Shown here in pieces: positions 8,029-14,859 of a stretch of DNA of 32,000 nucleotides. Both the position numbers and the translations under genes were made by a program. The stretch comes from Candidatus Methanophagaceae archaeon (GTDB lineage Archaea; Halobacteriota; Syntropharchaeia; Alkanophagales; Methanospirareceae): the NCBI GenBank assembly GCA_003194425.1, contig PQXB01000001.1:520444-552443 (forward strand), written 5' to 3'. How positions within the stretch are numbered: the first letter of the stretch is position 1; every line of letters begins with the position of its first letter. Under the pieces are notes generated by a model. It was given only the letters and a program-made list of their open reading frames with translations. It was not told the origin of the DNA and searched no databases.

Positions 8029-9352
8029 TGTCCTTTTCGTCCTTAAAATAAATGTGAAGTTCTCCATTTAAAAGTTTCGCACGCTCCAGCCGCATCATTT
8101 GCGCGATCGTCGGAAGCGGAATAAAATTTCTAACTTCTCCGATCTCCGTCGAAACGACCACCGAGAGGTCCTCTCCCATCCGTTCCACCTCGCAGACTTC
8201 TTTATCCCCGCTTGCGAGCGGCAGCGGAACCACCACCTCCAAGCCCTGCCCCCGTCTCAACGCCTCCACTCTAATCGCCTTGCCCTCAAAATAAATCTTG
8301 GCAGGGTCTTCAGGCTCCTTCTCGTCGCCGTCGCCACCACCGTCGCCACCACCGTCGCCACTGCCGTTGCCACCACCGTCGCCACTGCCGTTGCCACCAC
8401 CGTCGCCACCGCCGTCGCCACCGCCGAACAACTCGTTCCCAAGTTCAGAAAGAAGCCCCAGCCCCTTAACTTCAGACTGAAACAGTCGCAGCCGTTTTAT
8501 CGGGAGCGGGTGGAACGCCGCCTCCGCCTCCACCAAATATTTCGCCTGTGCGTCCTTCCAGCCCCTGAAATACGCGTCGCTAACCTTCTCTGGAATTACC
8601 TTGTTAATTATCGCGAGGTCAACGTTTATGTCGTAAAGATTTGCGAGGAGGTGCGTCCTCCGCAGGTTCTGAACGCTGAACGCGTCGGGGTTCGCGATCA
8701 ACCGCAAACTCGTGACCTTGCGGTCAATTATTATGTCTTTGAGCCGCCCGAGAATTTCCATCAGCCGAATGTCCTCGTTTATGACCTCCTTGCTCGGCGT
8801 CGGCAGACCTACGATCGGCTCGACTATTTTAGCGATGCCTGCAAGCGGGGCTACCATTTTAATCAGTTTCGCAGCCGTTGAACCGAGCAGCGTTGGCAGG
8901 TAAATGTTCTTCAGCGCCTCGCCCGAGGGCACGGTGTCAAGCACAATCACATCGTAGCTGCCCGACTCCACGAACTCCACGACCTTCAGCAGCGCGACGA
9001 ACTCGGTCATATTCGGCAGCGCCGCGATCTCGTACGCCAGCACCTCGTCCAGCCCTTTTGACTTGAAGAGTGAGACGATGTATTCCTGAATGACGCTGTA
9101 CTTCTCGCGAACTTCTCTTATCGGGTCGACCTGAACCGCCCACAAGTTCTTGTTTTTGTTCTCGCTCCCCCCAACCTCGATTTTTGTCGGCGTGTGTTGC
9201 ACCCGCGTCTCAAGTGCGTCGGAAAGCGTGTGTGCAGGGTCAGATGAAATAACCAGCGTCTCGTAGCCCAACTCTGACAGTTTCAAAGCGGTTGCACACG
9301 AGATTACCGACTTTCCAGACCCGCCTTTGCCTGTGTAAAATATTACTCGCAT
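8015..9352 (-). CDS. ArsA/GET3-family ATPase with a C-terminal HSP20-like domain
   Basis: P-loop GKGGSGKS, DPAHTLSDAL, LDTVPSGEAL (A-loop-like). The C-terminal ~90 aa have a beta-sandwich-like pattern (LEVVVPLP...LSVVV...RNFIPLP...AKLLNGELHIYF). Confidence 0.8.
   Translation of the reverse strand: MRVIFYTGKGGSGKSVISCATALKLSELGYETLVISSDPAHTLSDALETRVQHTPTKIEVGGSENKNKNLWAVQVDPIREVREKYSVIQEYIVSLFKSKGLDEVLAYEIAALPNMTEFVALLKVVEFVESGSYDVIVLDTVPSGEALKNIYLPTLLGSTAAKLIKMVAPLAGIAKIVEPIVGLPTPSKEVINEDIRLMEILGRLKDIIIDRKVTSLRLIANPDAFSVQNLRRTHLLANLYDINVDLAIINKVIPEKVSDAYFRGWKDAQAKYLVEAEAAFHPLPIKRLRLFQSEVKGLGLLSELGNELFGGGDGGGDGGGNGSGDGGGNGSGDGGGDGGGDGDEKEPEDPAKIYFEGKAIRVEALRRGQGLEVVVPLPLASGDKEVCEVERMGEDLSVVVSTEIGEVRNFIPLPTIAQMMRLERAKLLNGELHIYFKDEKDNGRK
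8324..8425. repeat. In-frame G/D-rich tandem repeat (27-nt unit plus 12-nt subunits) in arsA
   Basis: Direct reading; encodes GGDGGGDGGGNGSGDGGGNGSGDGGGDGGGDGD between the ATPase and HSP20-like domains. Confidence 0.9.
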
Positions 9353-9448
9353 TTTTCGTTTTTATTTGAAGTGCAACAAAGTAAAGAAAATCCGAAATTT
9401 ATTTTAAGTGAAACAAGAATTGTAGATAAATGAGGATTGTTTGTAAAG
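9353..9448. promoter_or_regulatory. AT-rich divergent intergenic region (arsA operon / porAB operon)
   Basis: Strongly AT-rich, with tttttatttg and aaatttatttta stretches. A GAGG at 9432-9435 precedes the ATG at 9449. No TSS can be derived from the sequence. Confidence 0.3.
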
Positions 9449-10711
9449 ATGAAAAAGCAGAAGAGGGTGGGTTTGGAAGGTTCTTTTGCGGTTGCAGAGG
9501 CGGTGCGGATGGCGAACGCGGATGTCATCTCGGCGTACCCAATTACACCGCAGACGCACATCGTTGAGCGGCTCTCGGAAATGGTCGCAGACAGGAAGTT
9601 AGACGCGGAATTTATCTGCGTTGAGAGTGAGCATTCCGCGATGAGTGCGTGCGTGGGTGCGTCGGCGGCTGGAGCGCGGGTCTTTACCTGCTCGGCGGGG
9701 CAGGGCTTGGAACTGATGCACGAGGTTTTGTACATTCCGTCTTCAATGCGGCTGCCTGTGGTTGCGGTGGTAGCGAACCGGGCGTTGTCCGCTCCGCTTT
9801 CGGTCTGGTGCGACCACTCGGACGCGATGGCAGTCCGCGACATCGGCTGGATTCAAATGTTCGCCGAGAACAACCAGCAGGCGTTCGACCTGACGCTGTG
9901 TGCCTACCGAGTGGCGGAGGACAGGGAGGTGCTGTTTCCCGCGATGGTTCACATTGACGGGTTTTATTTGTCGCATGTGATTGAGGATTTGGTGCTGCCG
10001 GACGAGGAGGAGGTGGCGGGCTTCCTGCCGGATTACGAGCACCCGTTTGCGTTAGACCCCGCGAAGCCAGTGAGCATGGGCTGTTACGCACCGCCGTTCA
10101 TTTACCCTGAGACGAAGAAGGCGCAGGTGGTTGCGTTTGAGGGGACGAGACCGAAGATTCTTGAGGTGTGGAAAGAGTTCGGCGAGGTTTTCGGGCGGGA
10201 CTACGCACCTGTTGAGGAGTACAAAATGGAGGGTGCGAGGGTTGCGTTACTGACGATGGGGAGTTGCAGCGAGACCGCGATGCTTGCGGTGGACGAACTG
10301 CGAGCGGAAGGCGGCGACGGGGCGGAGGCGACGACGGGTCTCGTCAGGCTGCGGTTGTGGCGGCCGTTTCCGTTCAAAGAGTTTCGGGAGGCGGTGAAGG
10401 ACCTTGAGGTGCTCGTGGTCTTGGACAGGGCGGTCTCGTTCGGAATGGGCGGTCCAGTCTGCTCCGAGGTTCGGTCGGCGTTGTACGGGTGCGAGGAGGC
10501 AGAAAGACCGAAGATTGTCTCGTTTATCGCGGGGCTCGGCGGCCGCGACATTCGTGTAGAAGAGTTTAAATTTATGATTCGGCAAGCGTTGAAGGAGAAG
10601 GCGGAGGAGAAGGCGGAGGAGAAGGCAGAGGAGAAGGCAGAGGAGAAGGCAGAGGAGAAGGCAGAGCGAGGGGAGGAGATTGAAGCTGAGATGATTGGTG
10701 TGAGGGAGTGA
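9449..10711 (+). CDS. porA: 2-oxoacid (pyruvate-type):ferredoxin oxidoreductase, alpha subunit
   Basis: GSFAVAEAVRMANADVISAYPITPQTHIVE...ESEHSAMSACVGASAAGARVFT is the PorA/KorA/VorA domain I signature. The track start at 9437 is TTG, so I prefer the ATG at 9449. Confidence 0.85.
   Translation: MKKQKRVGLEGSFAVAEAVRMANADVISAYPITPQTHIVERLSEMVADRKLDAEFICVESEHSAMSACVGASAAGARVFTCSAGQGLELMHEVLYIPSSMRLPVVAVVANRALSAPLSVWCDHSDAMAVRDIGWIQMFAENNQQAFDLTLCAYRVAEDREVLFPAMVHIDGFYLSHVIEDLVLPDEEEVAGFLPDYEHPFALDPAKPVSMGCYAPPFIYPETKKAQVVAFEGTRPKILEVWKEFGEVFGRDYAPVEEYKMEGARVALLTMGSCSETAMLAVDELRAEGGDGAEATTGLVRLRLWRPFPFKEFREAVKDLEVLVVLDRAVSFGMGGPVCSEVRSALYGCEEAERPKIVSFIAGLGGRDIRVEEFKFMIRQALKEKAEEKAEEKAEEKAEEKAEEKAERGEEIEAEMIGVRE
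10595..10666. repeat. 12-nt in-frame tandem repeat (gagaaggc[g/a]gag x6) at the porA 3' end
   Basis: Direct reading; encodes (EKAE)x6. Confidence 0.95.
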
Positions 10712-10714
10712 AAA

Positions 10715-12808
10715 ATGAAAGCAGGAGAAGGGAGGTTAGAGGAGGAAGAGGATAACTTGTTTGTGCCGCGGTTGGTTACGACCGAGGAGAACTTCGCACC
10801 CGGGCATCGTGCCTGCATTGGCTGTGGCGAGGCACTCGCGGTTCGGCACGTCTGTAAAGCGTTGGGCAAGAATGTGATAATCGTGAATGCAACGGGCTGC
10901 GTAGAAATCATTTCGTCGCTGCTACCGCAGACCTCGTGGCAGGTAGCATGGATTCACACGCTCTTCGAGAATGTCGGTGCGGTGGTGTCAGGAATAGAGT
11001 CGGCGTACAAAGCGCGGGAGAGGAAAGGAAAACTTGCAGCAGCGGCTGGGGCTGGGGAGGGGAAGGTGAAATTTGTGGGCTTCGCAGGCGACGGCGGGAC
11101 TTCGGACATTGGGCTGCAGGCGTTGTCGGGCGCGATGGAGCGTTTTCATAATTTTTTATATGTCTGCTACGACAACGAAGCTTATATGAATTGCCTGCCC
11201 GCTTCTTCGCGGATAATGACCGAGAGCGGTCTGAAGAGGATTGTAGAAGTGGTGAGGGGGGAACGAGTGTACGCATTTGACCGAAAGAATCACGAGTTGG
11301 TGGTGAAGAGATGCGTGGGCGTGTTCGACAACGGTACGAGGGAGATTTACGAATTGAGAACCTTACATCACCAAATAGAAGCGACGCCGAACCACCCGTT
11401 TCTGGTTTTGAGGCGGAACGGTCGGGGAAGGGAAAATGAGTTGGTCTGGAGGACTTTGGGAGCGGTGAAGCCGGGGGATTTGGTAGTGGTTCTGAAGGAT
11501 TTGGCGGATTTTGGAGAGGGGCCGTCGTATGAGTTTGATCCGATTAGAAGAACGGAGGTCGGCGATTACAAAGTCACGCACTTGAATGAGATAGAACTGC
11601 CGGAGGAGAGCAGTCCGGATTTGATGAAATATCTGGGCATTTACGTCGGCGACGGCTGGACGCGGGTGAGGAGGGGTGAGACTGGCTTTGCACTGCCCGA
11701 GGGGACAGAGGAGAGAAGGACGCTGATTCAACTGCACTCAGATATTTTCGGCGACAGCATAAAAGAGGATGAAATGAATGTTTATGTAAATTCTGTGAAT
11801 CTTGCGAAGTTCATTGACAGCTTGAGTTTTGGCGCGGGTGCGAAGAACAAGACAATTCCTGGATGGGTTTTTACGCTGCCGAAGGCGGAGAAGGAAGCAT
11901 TTGTTGAGGGGTTGCTTCTCTCGGACGGCTACAAAGTCAAGACCAGCAACAGTTTGAGATATGTCTCGGCGAGTGACGAACTGCTCAAGCGATTGAGACT
12001 GTTGTTGCAGACGATGGGTTACCGCGTGGGGAAAATCCATAAGCAACGGCGGGAGAAGGGTTCGCTGTGTGTTTACAGACCGCTCCTGAAAGACACAGAA
12101 TGGGGCTACATCGCCTTTAGCAAGCGGAGTGCGTGGAATACCGACAAATATTTGTCCCAATACAAGTATCAGAATTTTTTGATAGAGAGTGAGCATTTTG
12201 ATATGGAGGAGGTGAAGGAAGTGAGGGTAGTGGGAAGAGAGCCGGTCTTCGATCTGCAGATTGAAGGCGAGCATAATTTCATCGCAGACGGGGTCGTTGT
12301 TCATAACACGGGAATCCAAAGGTCTTCCTCAACGCCCTACGGTGCGTGGACGACGACTGCGCCCGTTGGAAAGAAGAGCATTGGGCAGGCGACTTGGAAG
12401 AAAAATATGCCGGAAATCGCAGTTGCTCACCAAATACCTTACGTGGCGACCGCGTGCCCGTCGTACCCGTTTGACTTGATGGACAAGGTGAAGAGAGGTG
12501 CGGAGACCGAGGGTCCTGCTTACATTCATATTTTGTCCCCCTGCCCGACGGGCTGGCGGTGTCAGCCGAATCTCTCGGTAGAACTGGGTCGGCTGGCGGT
12601 GGAGACCGGCGTGTTCCCGCTTTACGAGGTCGTTAACGGCGAGTACCGGTTGAGCGTTGATTTGCCTTTGTCCGCGTTGAAGCCGGTTCGGGAGTATTTG
12701 AGGCGGCAGGGGCGGTTCAAGCACCTTACCGAAGAGGTCGTCGAGAAAATACAGGAGCGGGTGGAGAAAGAGTATTTGCGGCTGCGGGAGAAGGCAAGGC
12801 AGGGGTAA
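10715..12808 (+). CDS. porB: 2-oxoacid:ferredoxin oxidoreductase, beta (TPP-binding) subunit, interrupted by an intein
   Basis: Exteins: CIGCGEALAVRH, GFAGDGGTSDIGLQALSGA...CYDNEAYMN | TGIQRSSSTPYGAWTTT...PYVATACPSYP...PAYIHILSPCPTGW. Joined, they give the conserved PorB motif YDNEAYMNTGIQRS. Confidence 0.9.
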   Translation: MKAGEGRLEEEEDNLFVPRLVTTEENFAPGHRACIGCGEALAVRHVCKALGKNVIIVNATGCVEIISSLLPQTSWQVAWIHTLFENVGAVVSGIESAYKARERKGKLAAAAGAGEGKVKFVGFAGDGGTSDIGLQALSGAMERFHNFLYVCYDNEAYMNCLPASSRIMTESGLKRIVEVVRGERVYAFDRKNHELVVKRCVGVFDNGTREIYELRTLHHQIEATPNHPFLVLRRNGRGRENELVWRTLGAVKPGDLVVVLKDLADFGEGPSYEFDPIRRTEVGDYKVTHLNEIELPEESSPDLMKYLGIYVGDGWTRVRRGETGFALPEGTEERRTLIQLHSDIFGDSIKEDEMNVYVNSVNLAKFIDSLSFGAGAKNKTIPGWVFTLPKAEKEAFVEGLLLSDGYKVKTSNSLRYVSASDELLKRLRLLLQTMGYRVGKIHKQRREKGSLCVYRPLLKDTEWGYIAFSKRSAWNTDKYLSQYKYQNFLIESEHFDMEEVKEVRVVGREPVFDLQIEGEHNFIADGVVVHNTGIQRSSSTPYGAWTTTAPVGKKSIGQATWKKNMPEIAVAHQIPYVATACPSYPFDLMDKVKRGAETEGPAYIHILSPCPTGWRCQPNLSVELGRLAVETGVFPLYEVVNGEYRLSVDLPLSALKPVREYLRRQGRFKHLTEEVVEKIQERVEKEYLRLREKARQG
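11192..12307 (+). mobile_element. Class-1 intein with a LAGLIDADG homing-endonuclease domain (372 codons) inside porB
   Basis: The intein starts with Cys (tgc 11192-11194, CLPASSRIMTESG). Block B is EATPNHPF. The LAGLIDADG motifs are YLGIYVGDGW and FVEGLLLSDGY. The C-terminal blocks are VFDLQIEGEHNFIADGVVVHN, ending at 12307, with +1 Thr (acg 12308-12310). Confidence 0.9.
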
Positions 12809-12854
12809 GCAAGGCAGGGGTAAGCAAGGCAGGGGTAAGGCAAGGCAGAGGTAA
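12794..12854. repeat. 15-nt tandem repeat (gcaaggcaggggtaa x3 plus one degenerate copy) that contains the porB stop codon
   Basis: Direct reading. Copies lie at 12794-12808, 12809-12823 and 12824-12838, with a degenerate copy at 12839-12854. Each exact copy ends in an in-frame TAA. Confidence 0.95.
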
Positions 12855-12879
12855 GGTGAAATGAGAGAAAAACACGGAC

Positions 12880-12930
12880 AAAAAAAGGAGTAGCAAGAAA
12901 TGGGGACTGAAGCAGAAGCGAGGGAATATG
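12880..12930. repeat. Left copy of a ~50-bp imperfect direct repeat flanking the TA cassette
   Basis: Hand alignment with 13406-13455 gives 45 of 50 identical positions plus 1 indel. It covers the A-run, gag/ggag, the ATG and the first ~10 codons. Confidence 0.85.
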
Positions 12931-13139
12931 AACGGACAAGGACAGCCAAAGAGGGTTATGTAGTAAATGAGAAAGGAAAACGAATCGGAATCTTGATAGA
13001 CTTAAACGAGTATCATAAGATGCTTGAAGAGTTGGAGGAATTGGAGAGTATTCGTGCTTACGATGAGGCAAAAACTTCAGGCAGCGAGGCGATTCCTTTC
13101 GAAACAGCTGTTGAAGAGATCGAAAGAGAACGAGAATGA
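12900..13139 (+). CDS. Type II antitoxin (Phd/YefM- or RelB-like) paired with a RelE-type toxin
   Basis: 79 aa, with ...IGILIDLNEYHKMLEELEELESIRAYDEAKTSGSEAIPFE... typical of antitoxins upstream of RelE/ParE. Its stop overlaps the toxin start (ATGA at 13136-13139). Confidence 0.75.
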   Translation: MGTEAEAREYERTRTAKEGYVVNEKGKRIGILIDLNEYHKMLEELEELESIRAYDEAKTSGSEAIPFETAVEEIERERE

Positions 13140-13390
13140 GTTATTCGGTGTTTATTCTTCGACGAGGTCAGGGAGAGTTAGAGAAGTTACCTTTGGAATC
13201 TTATGAGCGTGTAAAAGAAGCAATCCGAAGGCTCAGCGAAGAGCCAAGACCGAGTGGATGCAAGAAACTTGCAGGTCGTGAAGGATGGCGTATCAGAGTT
13301 GGCGATTATCGAGTAATCTACGAGATTGATGACAAAGCAGAGGTTATAACGGTTCTTCATCTCGGTCGGAGGCGTAATATATATCGTTAA
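13136..13390 (+). CDS. relE: RelE/ParE-family type II toxin (mRNA interferase)
   Basis: 84 aa with ...RVKEAIRRLSEEPRPSGCKKLAGREGWRIRVGDYRVIYEIDDKAEVITVLHLGRRRNIY, the canonical RelE/StbE pattern (RxRxGDYRxIYxI...V..VxHR). Confidence 0.85.
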   Translation: MSYSVFILRRGQGELEKLPLESYERVKEAIRRLSEEPRPSGCKKLAGREGWRIRVGDYRVIYEIDDKAEVITVLHLGRRRNIYR

Positions 13391-13405
13391 GTTATATAAA
13401 ATTTG

Positions 13406-13455
13406 AAAAAAAGAGTAGCGAGAAATGAGGACTGAAGCAGAAGCAGGGGAATTTG
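13406..13455. repeat. Right copy of the ~50-bp direct repeat (native start region of the frhB-like gene)
   Basis: See 12880-12930. MRTEAEAGEF here corresponds to MGTEAEAREY in the antitoxin. Confidence 0.85.
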
Positions 13456-14591
13456 TAAATGTAAGACTGCCGATTTTTTTAGAGCAGGGGTTTTCGTGTT
13501 TAGAGCGAGAGGTCGTGGCTGAGCGGGTTTGCTGCCTTTGTGGGACTTGTGCGGCGTTCTGCGAGAAGATAAAGATAAACGAAGAGAGTAGAAACGAACT
13601 CAAGCCCGAGTTTGTTGAGGAGTACGACACGGTCTGCGGGCTGTGCTACGCCTTCTGCCCCAGGACTTTTCTGCCGTTCTCGGAGTTGGAGCGGCGGATT
13701 TTCGGTGTGGCGCGTGCGAGTGAGGCAAGGGAGGTGAGTGAGGCAAGGGAGGCGAGTGCAGAGCCGCTCGGCGTCTACCGAAGTTGCTACGCGGTTCGGT
13801 CGAAGAAGGAGAAGGGGGACTTAGAGGGAAGGGTGCAGGACGGGGGCGCGGTTACTTCGCTGCTCGCTTACGCTCTTGAGGAGGGCGTTCTTGACTCCGC
13901 AGTCGTTACCGCGGCGGACGAGCAGTGGCGACCGCAGACGAGAGTTGCGAGGAGTTACGAGGACTTGAAGGCTGCAGCAGGGACGAAATACACGATTTAC
14001 CCGAGCGTGTTGGGCGTGAAAGAGGCGTTTGAAGAGGGGTGTGAGAGCGTGGGGTTTGTGGGGCTGCCGTGCCAAATTCAGGGTCTGCGGAAGGTTCAAA
14101 CTTCGGAGCAGCCGTACGAGGTGGGGAAAGAGAAGATAAAGTTGCTGGTGGGTCTGTTTTGTATGGAAAATTTCAGTGCCGGGCTGCTGGAGTTCGTGAG
14201 TGCGAGGCTGGAGAAGGAAGGGTTGGATTTGGCGGGGGTGAAGAAGTTTGACATAAAAGGGAAGGATCTTTTGATTTCTTGGGGGGCAAGCGGGGGAGTT
14301 CATAAAATTGCGTTGGACGAGATAAAAGAGTACGAGAGCGAGGGTTGCTCGGTTTGCACGGACTACACCGCTGAACTCGCGGACATTTCGGTCGGCTCGG
14401 TCGGGTCGGAAGAAGGGTGGTCGACGGTTTTAGCACGCACAGAGCTGGGCGAGGAGGTGGTTAAGGGAGCGTTAGAGAAGGGGTTTGTAGAGGTGAAGGA
14501 GGTAGAGGAGAAGGGGTTGGGGTTGGTTCGGAGGTTGGCGGTGCGTAAGAAGCGGAGCGGTTCGGGAGGTAAGGCCGGGGCCGGGATTTGA
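13425..14591 (+). CDS. FrhB/FdhB/FpoF-family protein (coenzyme F420 hydrogenase/dehydrogenase beta-subunit-like) with an N-terminal 2x[4Fe-4S] ferredoxin motif
   Basis: CCLCGTCAAFC and CGLCYAFCPR clusters, then RVQDGGAVTSLLAYALEEGVLDSAVV, GLPCQIQGLRK, FCMENF and CSVCTDYTAELADISVGS, the FrhB N- and C-domain signatures. The last 19 nt overlap tRNA-His on the opposite strand. Confidence 0.8.
   Translation: MRTEAEAGEFVNVRLPIFLEQGFSCLEREVVAERVCCLCGTCAAFCEKIKINEESRNELKPEFVEEYDTVCGLCYAFCPRTFLPFSELERRIFGVARASEAREVSEAREASAEPLGVYRSCYAVRSKKEKGDLEGRVQDGGAVTSLLAYALEEGVLDSAVVTAADEQWRPQTRVARSYEDLKAAAGTKYTIYPSVLGVKEAFEEGCESVGFVGLPCQIQGLRKVQTSEQPYEVGKEKIKLLVGLFCMENFSAGLLEFVSARLEKEGLDLAGVKKFDIKGKDLLISWGASGGVHKIALDEIKEYESEGCSVCTDYTAELADISVGSVGSEEGWSTVLARTELGEEVVKGALEKGFVEVKEVEEKGLGLVRRLAVRKKRSGSGGKAGAGI
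13718..13760. repeat. 18-nt in-frame tandem repeat (gagtgaggcaagggagg[t/c] x2.4) in the frhB-like gene
   Basis: Direct reading; encodes SEAREV SEAREA SA. Confidence 0.9.
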
Positions 14592-14644
14592 ACCCGGGTC
14601 TAGGGATCCACAGTCCCAAGGGATGCCACTACCACACCCCGGCC
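14573..14644 (-). tRNA. tRNA-His (anticodon GUG) with genome-encoded G-1
   Basis: The reverse complement is GGCCGGGGTGTGGTAGTGGCATCCCTTGGGACTGTGGATCCCTAGACCCGGGTTCAAATCCCGGCCCCGGCC. It has an 8-bp acceptor stem (G-1:C73, a His identity feature), U8, A14, G18G19 and anticodon loop CUGUGGA. The T-arm is CCGGG/TTCAAAT/CCCGG. The D-stem is weak, and no CCA is encoded. Confidence 0.85.
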
Positions 14645-14663
14645 AGTCGTCTTCGCTCTTTGT

Positions 14664-14690
14664 TTTGTTTGGCTAATATATAAAACATTG
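14664..14690 (-). promoter_or_regulatory. Putative TATA box/BRE for tRNA-His
   Basis: The minus-strand sequence ttttatatattagcc (about 14672-14686) lies about 28-42 nt upstream of the tRNA 5' end at 14644. Position and composition are the only evidence. Confidence 0.35.
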
Positions 14691-14738
14691 AAAAAAATTG
14701 CTCTGTTGAATAATTCAATGATTTAACACTTCTTGCTC

Positions 14739-14764
14739 GTGCAGAATCATAGTGCAGAATCATA
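14739..14764. repeat. 13-nt tandem duplication (gtgcagaatcata x2) in an intergenic region
   Basis: Direct reading, with copies at 14739-14751 and 14752-14764. It is non-coding and its period is not a multiple of 3. Confidence 0.9.
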
Positions 14765-14859
14765 AGAAACTTTACGGCTGGAGTGGAGGGCGGCGATACG
14801 GCAGGCGGATGGAGAACTCATAAGTCAAGCCAGAAAACTGTGCAATGCTCTCTGGATTT

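Noticed and set aside
10201-10911. A 236-aa minus-strand ORF spanning the porA/porB junction, plus the ORFs at 12329-12949 and 12622-13071 antisense to the porB 3' end and the antitoxin
   Set aside because: They are antisense to strongly supported genes and consist of low-complexity S/P/A-rich sequence, including the mirror image of the EKAE repeat. No motifs are present.
14573-14591. The overlap of the frhB-like 3' end with tRNA-His, considered as a sign of mis-annotation
   Set aside because: The overlap is only 19 nt and on opposite strands. The tRNA is structurally sound, and the FrhB-domain homology ends well before it. The G/S/A-rich tail is probably a read-through to the first available stop.
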